NCBI GenBank assembly: GCA_964016885.1
Contig: OZ024741.1
Location: forward strand, 269,142,001 to 269,206,000
Direction of reading: 5' to 3'
Origin: Eledone cirrhosa
Taxonomy: Eukaryota
DNA: 64,000 nt
The notes under the pieces are model-generated. The model ran no database searches. It was not told the origin of the DNA and saw only the letters and a program-made list of their open reading frames with translations. Shown piece by piece: positions 52,661 through 64,000 of this stretch; positions within the stretch are counted from its first letter, which is position 1, and each line of letters opens with the position of its first letter. The position numbers and the translations under genes are program-made.

Positions 52661-53424
52661 AGTTCTGTCTGTTGGGTATTATGTTTGATTTAGCTGTTGT
52701 TTAACTCCAACTTTCAAACATATCTATAATTAAAATGTATTTAGTATTACTCAATCCAATATATCTTTTCTATTATTTTTTAGAATAGGAAGATGTGATC
52801 TAAGGGAGATTTGGCTGCTATTTCTAGCTTGTTGATTGACCACGTACGCCTCAGTCGTTGTTTCACTTACAGTTAAAGTGTACTACGCCTATAATATTTA
52901 TTTATTCAGTCTGAGGGAGATTTGGCTGCTATTTCTGGCTGGTTGATTGACCACGTAGAGACTCAGTCGTTGTTTCATTGTTTCACTTACGTCTATCATG
53001 TTTATTTATTCAGTCTGAGGGAGATTTGGCTGCTATTTCTGGCTGGTAGATTGACTACGTAGAGCCTCAGTCGTTGTTTCATTGTTTCACTTACGTCTAT
53101 CAGGGGGGGGGGGGGTCAAGTAATATGATGATGATGATAATGGTGATGATGATGATGGTGATGATGATTATAGTCTTGTAATTCCTGTTGGAGTCGTAGG
53201 GGCACCATATACGGAGTTTCTTGGACATTTAAAGCCTGGCGGAGTTCATTCCTCTCCAGGTGACTTCTTCCAGAGAAGGATAATGTGTGTATGTGTGTGC
53301 GTGTGACTGTGCGTGTTTGAGGGAATGGAAGTGAGAAAGAGATATAGAGGAAGAATCGACTCAAGAACAGAACTAATACTTTTTTTTTCGCTTTCTTCTT
53401 ATTCTCATTCCATTTTTAAGCCTA

Positions 53425-55800
53425 TATTTATATGCTAGGAGAACTATCATTAGATTCGAAAATAGTTACTGGGAACGAAAAACCACAGAATAGCTTCGAT
53501 ATCACAATGGGATCTAGCGATTCAGCGCAGGTAACAGACATAGTGGGAATATATATAGCGCACAACTTACATAAGGAATTTAATAACCTCCAGGGAGGAA
53601 TTTATAGAGACGACACACTCCTTTTAGCTAAAAAGTTAAATAATCAAAACATGCAAAAATTACGGAAAAACATCAGTCTTCTTCAACAAACTAGGCCTAG
53701 GTATCACTTTCGAAGTTAACTCTAAAAAAGCAAACTTCTTAGATGTAACACTCAGCCTAAACACAGGATTAGTAGAGCCCTTCCATAAAAAATAACGAGA
53801 ATCTAGCCTACATTAGTTATAACTCAAACTACCCTCGCTCCATAATTAACTCCATAGCACATAGTATATCCCTCAGAATATCCCGCCTATCTTCTAACAT
53901 AGAGATTTTTAACGAACACGCAAACTATTATAACATAGCTCTACATAAGGCAGGACATAAAGAGGGGCTAGAATACATACCAGATAGAGACAGCAGCAAC
54001 AAACCTAACGACAGCTACACTACCCATACCTATAGAAATAACAAACACAGGACTAAACATAGAATTAGACAACGAGCACCAAAAATAACTGAACCGAACA
54101 CTAATATACGGATTCCTATGAACTATAGAAAATCCAGAGATAGGAAATACTTATGGTTCAATCCAATATTCAACTCCTCTATAAAAACCAAACTACCTTC
54201 TACATTCTTTAAGCTAATCGACAAACACTTCCATAAACTACACAAATACCATAGAATCTTCAACAGAAAAACTATCAAACTATCTTACTCTACTGCAGCC
54301 AACATAGATTCACACATACATAAAATCAACCACAAAAGAATCTCTAAAGAAAATAACCTACCAACATACACCATAGCACCAAATACAAAACGCAAACACA
54401 TAACATCACATCAGGGCGCATCACAACAAAACATTAATAGGCCTAAATCTCAACCCACCCATAACAACATGCAAAACCGCAACAGAGAACCTGCACACAG
54501 AAAAGCCTCCAACTGTAACTGCCACCTACCGGATAAGTACCCACTACAAAATAGATGCCTGGATTCAAGTATGGTGTACCTGTGTACTATAAATTCAGGC
54601 AACTTTACATGGCACTACATAGGTTCCACGGCTGGGGAGTTCAAAAAGAGATGGTACGTACACAGACACTCCATGAAGAACCGTAGAATGGAGAACTCTA
54701 CAACGCTCGCCGATAAAATCTGGCAGCTTAAAAACACAAACCAGGAATATAGGATTAGCTGGTCAAAATTATCGGGAGCAAGGGCCTCCAACAATGGAAT
54801 GTCCCACTGCAGTCTTTGCAATTTGGAGCTATTCCATATTTTAAGGTACGGTAAGATGCTGCTTAACAGATTAATAGAAAGCTCAATATTCTGTAGGCAC
54901 AAAATAGCTACCAAGTTCACAAATTTCAAACCACCGTGATTCGACTCAGCAATCCCAAAATTAGAACTGAACCACCCGGATTTTGACGTACGGAATACAA
55001 ACCATCACACCGCTATTAGCTGTCAACTAAATGACTAGTCCCTAGATCATAAACCTCTTAACATCTCTTTCACTCTCTCTCCCTGAAACCACATCAACCC
55101 CATTAAGACACGACAATCAGCAAAACGTTTACCACACACACATATCAAAAACGCCCCTTCACCATCCATCCGTAGCCCTTGTGTCTCATACTAGTATCTC
55201 CCACTTAATTTCTAATTTATTGCTTTTTCTTTTATCTGTCATTTGTTACTACCTCAGATTCTCTACACGTATCTATGTATGTTTCGAATATGGCTTTTCA
55301 TGTTACCACTACATCCACCCCAGCATCCTTATGCAGACACTTACTCAACACCACCACTATTATCAACTATCGTATTCTATACTTATATGCTTTCACTTAT
55401 CTTTATTTCTTTATATTTTTTATTATTGTTTTATTTTCTTACTTTTTTATTGTATCTTTTTTCTTACTTTTTACTTTTTACTTTTTACTTTTTACTTTTT
55501 ACTTTTTACTTTTTACTTTTTACATCTGTAACATCTTTACCTATTTATCATTATACTTTATTATTGCTGTTATTGTTTTGATTCTACCCTGTTTCTCTAT
55601 ATATATACCATGCCATATATGAATTATTTGTATTCTGAGGATTTCATCAGAGATAAATAATGTATTGGTGATCGAGTGACGCAACTTCGAACGATTAGCG
55701 GCCTCTAGACTCACCTGACCAATGAAACAATTGTTAATACCTGAAATAAAGCCCCTTGTTGTACAGTCGACCATGTTACTCTTTAATCTTTCACTATATA
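53425..55800 (+). mobile_element. Penelope-like element (Neptune-type), 5'-truncated and frameshifted: RT + Cys linker + GIY-YIG, 3' UTR with hammerhead
   Basis: FDITMGSSDSAQVTDIVG, GIYRDD, WFNP, NCNC..PLQNRCL, VYLC..HYIGST..FKKRW..H, CSLCNLE. Confidence 0.88.
55630..55740 (+). ncRNA. Hammerhead ribozyme in Penelope 3' pLTR
   Basis: GTATT-CTGAGGA-T...T-GAAACAATTGTT-AATAC; long, partly paired helix II. Confidence 0.68.
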
Positions 55801-55809
55801 TATATTTAG

Positions 55810-58290
55810 TAAAAGGATTTTAGATAGAATTATACCTGAAATTAGAAGTTTGGCCCCTCTTGCACTGTGGAGCAATTCTTTCGCGTTGATTGATTGGTTC
55901 AACGCCATATGCAGCATTGAACATTGCCGTTTTATCCAATTCGACATCAATAATTACTACTCCTCCATCACTTTACCACTTCTCCTTAGAGCTATCAATT
56001 TCGCTAAAACACTCACAGTGGTTAAGGATTTTGAAGTTGATGTTATCCTCAATGCCCGTAAGTCGGTGATTAATTTCGACGACTCTATTTGGATTAAAAA
56101 ATCTAATAGTATTCGACGTGAGTATGGGCGCCAGCGATTCTGCGGAGGTTACTGATCTTATCGGCCTTTTCCTTCTTTTCTCTATCAAGGAAGAATTCCC
56201 CAACGTAGGCGGTGGTTTCAACCGTGATGATGGTCTTTTGACCATGACGAAGTGCGGCCCACGTGCTTGCAACAGGTTCAGAAAAGAACTCACAGCCTTC
56301 TTTAAAGGTTTCAACCTCTCCATACAGGTTGAGGCCAACCTCTCGGTCGTTAATTACCTCGACGTGACCCTCAATTTGTCGATGGCTTTCACTACCCGTA
56401 TAGAAAGCCGAATGATACGCTTAATTACATAAGTAAGCATTCTAACCATCCTGCCAGCATAACTAAGAACCTGGTAAGAAACGTTTCATTGAGGCTTTCC
56501 CGTCTATCTACTAACGAGCATATTTTCAACGACCATTCCACATATTACAATGGAGCTCTTGCTCGGAGTGGATTTGTCGATAAGGTAGCGTATACATGGT
56601 ACGAGAATAGACCTAGGAAAAATAGATCCCGACGCATTATATGGTATAACCCACCATAAAATATGGAGGTGGCCACACCATTAGCTAAGATCTTTCTCTC
56701 CCTTATTATGAAGAATTTCCCCCCAGCACATAAATATAGTAAAATGTTTAATAGAAATACCATTAAAATTTCTTACTCTACGACTCCTAACCTTGCACAT
56801 AACATCACAGCTTCAAATTTAGTTAAACTACCTAGCCGTAGGAACACGTGCAACCCTGTAGCTAGTACTAACTGCAATTGTAGGAATCGGGTTGACTGCC
56901 CCTTATCCGGGAAATGCCTCTCTAGTAACATTGTCTACAAATGTAAGGTTGAAACACCCTCGTCCCGTAGGGCCTACATAGGGTTAACCGCCGATAGATT
57001 CAAGCAGCGTCTTTACATGCATACCCATTCTTTTCTTAACCCTTTAAGAAGGAATATGGCGTCACTTTCAGCTTATATCTGGAGTCTAGAGGACAACCAC
57101 ACCCAATATAAGTTACACTGGGAGATCCTAGCTAATTCTAGATCGTATAACGGAAATAAAAGACCATGTGACCTCTGCGCCGCTGAGGCCCTGGAAATAC
57201 TCTACGCCAAAGACCACATCTTAAACAAAATATCTGAGGCAATTTCGGCTTGTAAACATAAATTGCACAAAACTTTCCTGTATTACAGCCCCACGTTATA
57301 CCCTAACGGATAGTACGAACTATACGCGGATATTTTACGCCTTGATGTGGTAGCTAAGTATTTGTTATGTTTATACCATTACTTATTTGCATAGGTAAGT
57401 ATATATTACCTGTATGTTTTGTGAAGGTACGTATATTTTCTCGTACGTATATTTGCTTGTATATGTTATGGCGTATATATTATATATTCTGGTACATGTG
57501 CATTTGGTTATGTGTATACGGGAGTTTTGCGCCTGTGTGAGTATGTAGTGTGTGTGTATATGTGTACTTTGTGTTTTGGTCGACGTACGTCTGCGAACAT
57601 ATATGTATTTACATGTAGGTATGTGTGTGCGCGCGTTATATACCTATTTATTTATTTATTTATATACGTTTATTTAATTATATGTATACACGCACGCACA
57701 CACACATATATATATATTTTTTTTAAATATATTTTTTATGTGTATTTGGTGTATACGTTCGTATGTGTGCGGGTAGAGGCGTTACATGGATTCTGTATAT
57801 ATTACCTCTGTATTTATTTACTTTATTCTTAACTCTGAAACCGAGAATCATTCGGTTTCCTACATAGAATTTTAGCCTACGACTTCAGTTATACCATATA
57901 CGTGGTTTTGTCTTTGCGTCTAATTGTTCTCACCGATCCACAAATTGACGTATTATCTTTGTGTTTTCCGTTCATTGCCAGAGAAAGTCTCCACGAACCA
58001 CCTAATTAGTCTACGACTTCATTTATACCATAAACGTGATTTTTTCTTTGCGTGTAATTGTTTTCACCGCTCCAATTAATGACGTATTCTTCGTTTTTAT
58101 CCGTTCTTTGCCTGGGAACGTTTCCACGAACCAAAGTATCGTCTTCCTATCTTTCTTCGGTTGCAACGTTTTTTGAAATATTTACTTCTGCGTTCACAAA
58201 TTGATTTTTTTAGTTTCAGAAGATCCCGTTAAGGGTGAAAGCAGCGATTCTTTGCTTAAACTTTAATCTGTTATTTTAATAAATATATAT
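55810..58290 (+). mobile_element. Second Penelope-like element (Neptune-type), 5'-truncated and disrupted
   Basis: FIQFDINNYYSSI, MGASDSAEVTDLIG, FNRDDG, NYLDVTL, WYNPP, NCNCRNRVDCPLSGKCL, IVYKC..AYIGLTADRFKQR, CDLCAAE. Confidence 0.9.
58212..58262 (+). ncRNA. Variant hammerhead (CAGAAGA core) at the PLE 3' end
   Basis: AGTTT-CAGAAGA-T-CCC-GTTAA-GGG-T-GAAAGCA...TGCTT-AAACT. Confidence 0.55.
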
Positions 58291-60247
58291 ATATATATAT
58301 GAGTGCTTTAATCTTTAATTAATTTGTTGCATATATATATATATATATGCGTGTGTGTGTGTGTGCGTGTGTGTGTGTGGGTGGGTGGGTGGGTGTGGGG
58401 GGTGGGGGTGCGGGGGGGTGCGGGTGTGTGTGTGTGTGTGTGTTTGTTTGTGTCTGTGTGTGTGTGTTTGTGTCTGAGTGTGTGTGTATGTGTAAGTATA
58501 CATATCTATATATATATAAAACTGAGGTTGTCTGTCTGTCTACTAAAACCGTCGGCACACATCTCTTAAACCGTACGTTCAAATTTCGGTGAAATTGCTA
58601 CACTTATAGATGAAGGTCTGGCGAAGACATCGGTCAAAAAAATTTTCAAATCGATCCACGCCAAGTGCAAAAATCGAATTTGTAATGTATTGATTTTTCA
58701 GTTCAAATGTATAAATAGAGATGAAAGACGAGTTATTTCCCTTTTATGCAATGCGCAGAGTTCCACCACTTGCAGACGATTAGATATTCCGATTCTTGTC
58801 AGAATAAATAGATGCTATAAGTAAATGCCATTCAAATTGAATTTCAATTGTTGGTTCGATTTGTTTAATAGCTTCATTTTAACTGTACTACCTTTGTATG
58901 CTACAAAGCGTTAAAAAGTCAGCGAGCTCATTACTTGGTAAGTTAAACCTTCCCTATTAAACGTTTGGATTATTTTCAGTTTTCAATTGTTGTTTGATTT
59001 TGCTATGGCGTTGGCGGTTAGGCCTTCTGTTTTAATTAATTTTGCGATCTTATAAGGCTAAATTTACTTTAATTTCCTTTTATCTTGAAGGAAATATTGA
59101 CGGATTGTTTGTATTAGGATTCATGTATACACCGGGGGTGGGGGTGCAAAAGTAGGTATGCAGTTAATTACTATTGACGCTTGGCCAGCACAAAAATTTT
59201 GCTCAAACTTGTAGTGACCTACATTCCGCGGGCTCACATACATTCTCTGTGCGTGATTTGGCTCAGCTCAGCCAATCAGCGCCAGTAGAAAAGTATGTAT
59301 CCCTACGCGTCCTGAGGGAGAAATTACCTGCGAAGATTTGAAGAATCTCTCTCTCGCACCAGGAACTTCGAACCAGCAACACGTACATGTGACGGTGAGA
59401 TTTTGCACCTTAGCCTGCCGGCTTTCCGGCGCAATGGCACATTCCCTTTTGTAACCTCATTTTTATGTGTAACTTCAACCATACAAGTTAACCAACATTA
59501 TTTGTGCTACAACAAAAATAAACATACATTTCATCTCTAATTTCTGCTGTTGACATCATTATTATGTTACTCGTGTCTCAATAACATTTATAATCCATGT
59601 TGCTAAATTTTGCTCAAACTAAAATAACAAATTCAAGTCAATCTGTGTAATTTCAATCCAAATAAGAAGTCAGATTATTTCCACCATGCCCCATTTTTAT
59701 GCATTTCGGCTCGACATACAGGGCGACCTAAAAACCCTTACTGGCTCTTTAATCAGCTTTAGCTCAGTATCCATGCAAATAGCCGTAACTATTTCGCATC
59801 CATTTTTTCAGTAAAATTATAATCGGTTAAGAAATGCACTCAAAATCTGATAAAAAGTTACATAAAAAGAAATGGAACAATTTTTTAATGTTCGGCTTCA
59901 AGTAACTCCTGATTACCATAACCGATTTTATTGATATATAGATGTTATGCCTTATGTACAATTTTGAAATCTCTAAAAAGTTTAAATTTCCTTTGAATCA
60001 CTGTTGTCACCGAATTATAACAAAGTTAAAGAAGGGCAGTGCCAACATTATTGGTTACCCTGCATGTTCATGTAAAGATGACTTTGTAAATAATGCATCT
60101 ATGACATTTTCTAGGATTTTGGGTGCATTTCTCATTAGACGAATTGATTTGCAAAATTGATTGATTCGCAAAACTTATTTTTTCGCTATGTTTTATATTT
60201 AAGATACATTTGTCAGATTCCTTTGTCATATCGTGCTCGCCACCTTG

Positions 60248-63200
60248 ATGCCTAAAAAGAAGATGCCCTTATTAGGACTGACGCGGTCTCAGATAACGAA
60301 AAGAAGGAGGCTGACTGAGGCGTCGTCAAGCATTAGACAGCCTCAAATTGTGGGGTGTTCAGTGAATGCGAGAGCCCTGTCTATCGATGAGCATTGCCTG
60401 AGTCGACGGGCCAGAAATTCTGCTTCCATTGTATCTTCCCATGCAACTGAGAATGATGACGAGTGTTTACTTCGACGCACCAGAAATGCTTCTTCAACTG
60501 CATCCTCACATGCTGCAGTGAATAACGAGGAACGTCAAACTCGGCTTGCAAGAAATGCAAAGGCAAAAGCAGCTGCGCGAGCTGCAGAGAATGATGTTCA
60601 ACGTGATCTTCGTCGGAGCAGAGACGCGGCTGCAATGGCAGCTGCGCGAGCTGCAGAGAATGATGTTCAACGTGATCTTCGTCAGAGCAGAGACGCGGCT
60701 GCAATGGCAGCTGCGCGAGCTGCAGAGAATGATGTTCAACGTGATCTTCGTCAGAGCAGAGACGCGGCTGCAATGGCAGCTGCGCGAGCTGCAGAGAATG
60801 ATGTTCAACGTAAACTTCGTCAGAGCAGAGACGCGGCTGCTACGGCATCTGCGCGAGCTGCAGAGAATGATGTTCAACGTGATCTTCGTCGGAGCAGAGA
60901 CGTGGCTGCTACTGCAGCTGCGCGAGAAGCGGAGACAGCAGCTAACCGAACTATTCGATTAGGGGTGCGTTTCAGTATAAAGCCAATAAGCGGGGTATTT
61001 CGAGGGCTGCGAAATCACAATGGTCATTGAAGGCTTTCAATTATGTCCCCGCTAATAATTATACTACACACACTCATATTCAAATCGGTAGCATGTCTGA
61101 AATTTGTCAGTTTTGCAAAGCCAAAAAGTGGCCGGGTGAACCAGCCGGAATGTGCTGCTCCTAGGGATCCACCACAGCCATTGAGGCTTCTTCTTACAGG
61201 CACCCATTCACTCTCAAAAGGTTTCCTTCAAGATATTCGACATTACAATTGTGCCTTCCAAATGACATCTTTTGGATCGAGTTATGAGTATGAAGGTGGA
61301 TTTATGCCCACTTTCAAAGTTCAAGGTCAGGTTTATCATCTTATTAGATCGCTGGAGCCTGTAGATAATAAAGAGCCCCAATTTCTTCAGGTCTACTTCA
61401 TGCCCAACTGTCTTGAACAAGCTACAAGGCGAAGTACATCTGCCTTCCCAAAAGAAAAAACTCAAAACTTAATTCACTGTCCACAAGCAACAAGGAAGTA
61501 CTCAATAGCTTCTGGCACTAGACTGGAGCTCCTTTTTGAACTTCAGGACATGCTTCATAGTCATAACAGCTACGTTCAGAGCTTCAAATACGCGTTAGAA
61601 ACAACTCCTGTGAATAATTACTATGTCGTCATTGATGCTGACAAGCGGCCATCTGGAGAACATGCAGGCCGCTATAATTCACCTTCTTTCAATGAGGTTG
61701 CAATACTTCTCGCTGGAGATCAGCACAACAACAGTGACATTGTTATCAAGCATCACGACCACGGACTTCAACGGATCAGTGAAACACACAGATCATACGA
61801 TGCACTCCAATACCCGCTGCTTTTTGTATATGGAGAGGACGGATACCATTTTGGCATTCCATAATGTAAATCTACCAATTCAGAGGTTCATTCTACCAAA
61901 ACAGTTTCATGCAAGGACTTCTATGCATTCCGATTCATGATCCGAGATGACTGTTTTAGTCACCTCCATCGCTCTAAAGACCTTTTCAATCAGTATGCAA
62001 CTGACATGTGTGCAAAAATGGAATCTGAGAGATTGTGTTTTATCAAACTCAATCAAAAAAAGTTGCGTTGTGACAGTTACATATACCTTCGTGATGGAAT
62101 GAACAATGATGCGGATCCTGAGAGTCTTGGAAAAGTATGCATTCTGCCATCTACCTTCACGAGAAGCCCTCGATATATGCATGAAAGGACTCAGGACGCC
62201 ATGACCATTGTACGACATTACGGCAGGCCAGACTTATTTATAACTTTTACTTGTAACCCCAATTGGAAGGAGATTGAGGGCGAACTCCTTCCTGGTCAGA
62301 ACGCCACACGCCGACATGATCTCGCGGCTAGAGTATTCCGTCTTAAGTTACTTAAGCTTATGGATCTTATCAAAATAGGTGAGGTGTTCGAACCAGTTCA
62401 CTGTGACATGTACACAATCGAATGGCAAAAAAGGGGCCTCCCCCATGCTCATATTCTTATTTGGCTGACAACAAAAGTTAGTCCTAACGACATTGACAGG
62501 ATCATCTCTGCAGAATTACCCGATCCTTCCACTGACAAGGACTTGTACATGAAAGTTAGGGCACATATGGTGCATGGTCCATGTGGGCCTGGCTTTAGAA
62601 CTGATTTACCATGCGTTACAGGCAATAAAAGATGCACGAAAAAATTTTCCCGTCAATTTATTCGCGATACTCAGACTGGCAATGATGGCTACCCAATATA
62701 TATATACACAGGCGACGGGAAGAGGGGGGGGTGGTTACGGCAAGGGTTAAGAATGGCGAGGTTGACAACTGATGGATCATTCCCTATTGCCCACTCCTGC
62801 GCAGTACTTTCAACGCACACATTAATGTTGAATTCTGCAGCTCCGTCAAGTGCATCAAATACATATGTAAGTATGTTAAGCGTTCTGACACTGCTTCGTT
62901 CGGTATACTCAACGAAAACAATAGAGACGAAGTTACGCAATTCCAAGTAGGACGCTACATAAGTAGTAGCGAGGCCTTTTGGCGAATCTTCGGTTTTCCA
63001 ATACATGATAGCCACCCTTCAATTGTAAAATTAGATGTACACCTAGAACACGGTCAACGGATGTACTATACCAACAAAAATGCTGCTGAATTGGCACAGA
63101 CCCCAAGGGAGACAACTTTAACTGGATTTTTCAAACTGTGCGAATACGATGACTTCGCAAAATCATTGCTGTATCCTCAGGTGCCATCATACTACACATG

Positions 63201-64000
63201 GAATAAAAAAAACAAGGACTCGCAGAAAGACTGGCCAACCAGTTATTGGAGTTCCCGGGATCAAATTCACTAATTGCTTAGGACGAGTGTATACGATTCT
63301 TCCAAATCAACACGAGTGCTTCTATCTTCGAATGCTACTGCATGAGGTCAAAGGACCGACCAGTTTTCAGGACCTCAGAACTTACTGTAATCGTGTTTGG
63401 TCTACATACAGAGATCTCTGTGGAATGCTTGAAGATGACTCACGATGGGATGCAACCTTGGCGGAGATCGCTTCATCACACTCAGCTGGAAGCCTACGAG
63501 AGCTCATTGCAAAGCTTCTTCACTTATGTAACATTTGTGATCCCTACACATTATGGTTGAAGTTTCGGAACCAACTGTCTGAGGACTTCCTGCACCAGGC
63601 TCAACTACTACTTCCTGACATAGAAGTAGATTTCAGTGATGATTTATACAATAAAGGGCTTATAGACATAGAGGACAGGATTTTCCTTATGGGTGGGAAT
63701 GCCTTGCCAGCATACGGTCTGCCACAAACCCACCGCACTGATTCTATTAAAATTTCAACTCTCATCATCCAAGAAACATCTTATGATGTCGACACTCTAG
63801 CTAGATATGTGTTTGAAATGGAACCAAAATTACTTCCTGATCAGCAATTTGCATACAACCCTATCACCGACTATGTATTTTATCGATGGGGTTTCTTGAT
63901 GCCCCTGGAGGCACTGGAAAAACCTTTGTTACTAAATTTCTTCCTGCCAAAGTTAGACAGAATGAAGTTATTGCAATAGCCGTTGCATCATCCGGCATTG
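60248..64000 (+). pseudogene. Helitron Rep/PIF1-helicase, multiple frameshifts and stops
   Basis: YNCAFQMTS, FKVQGQVYH, SYDALQYPL; Rep motifs LFITFTCNPNW, IEWQKRGLPHAHILI, KYICKYV; Walker A DAPGGTGKTF at ~63898. Confidence 0.9.
60570..60930 (+). repeat. 69-bp (23-codon) coding tandem repeat, ~5 copies
   Basis: AAENDVQRDLRQSRDAAAMAAAR repeated in frame. Confidence 0.9.

Larger units (their letters stand above)
58505..64000 (+). mobile_element. Helitron, decayed autonomous copy, continues beyond the window
   Basis: 5' terminus A|TCTATATATATATAAAACTGAGGTTGTCTGTC followed by Rep-helicase remnants. Confidence 0.88.

Overview
AT-rich, repeat-dense animal genomic DNA. The tRNA-derived CORE-type SINE and the (TA)n/(CA)n-rich repeat landscape suggest an octopus-like mollusc (inference). 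One host gene is supported: a six-coding-exon, ~23 kb, + strand secreted ferritin (208 aa, signal peptide, intact ferroxidase residues, 36-nt Cys-containing microexon) at 11820-34602. The ORF track does not assemble it. The rest is mobile DNA: a near full-length RTE LINE, a full-length Tx1/L1-clade LINE in an (ATT)n repeat inside ferritin intron 2, two tandem Neptune-type Penelope-like elements plus another GIY-YIG fragment, a decayed Helitron running off the right edge, CRE/R4/CR1/RTE fragments, hAT, mariner and pogo-like MITEs, and many SINEs. The most notable hidden signal is at least 13 type I hammerhead ribozyme motifs (CUGANGA...GAAA..NUH with pairable helices I-III) from several unrelated repeat families. 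They sit mostly in short inverted-repeat units docked in (TA)n tracts. Recurrent non-canonical features are palindromic helix III, 50-90 nt helix II insertions, a U.U pair at 10.1-11.1 and a conserved U4A core variant. Two lie in sense orientation in ferritin introns. All structures were paired by eye, not computed.
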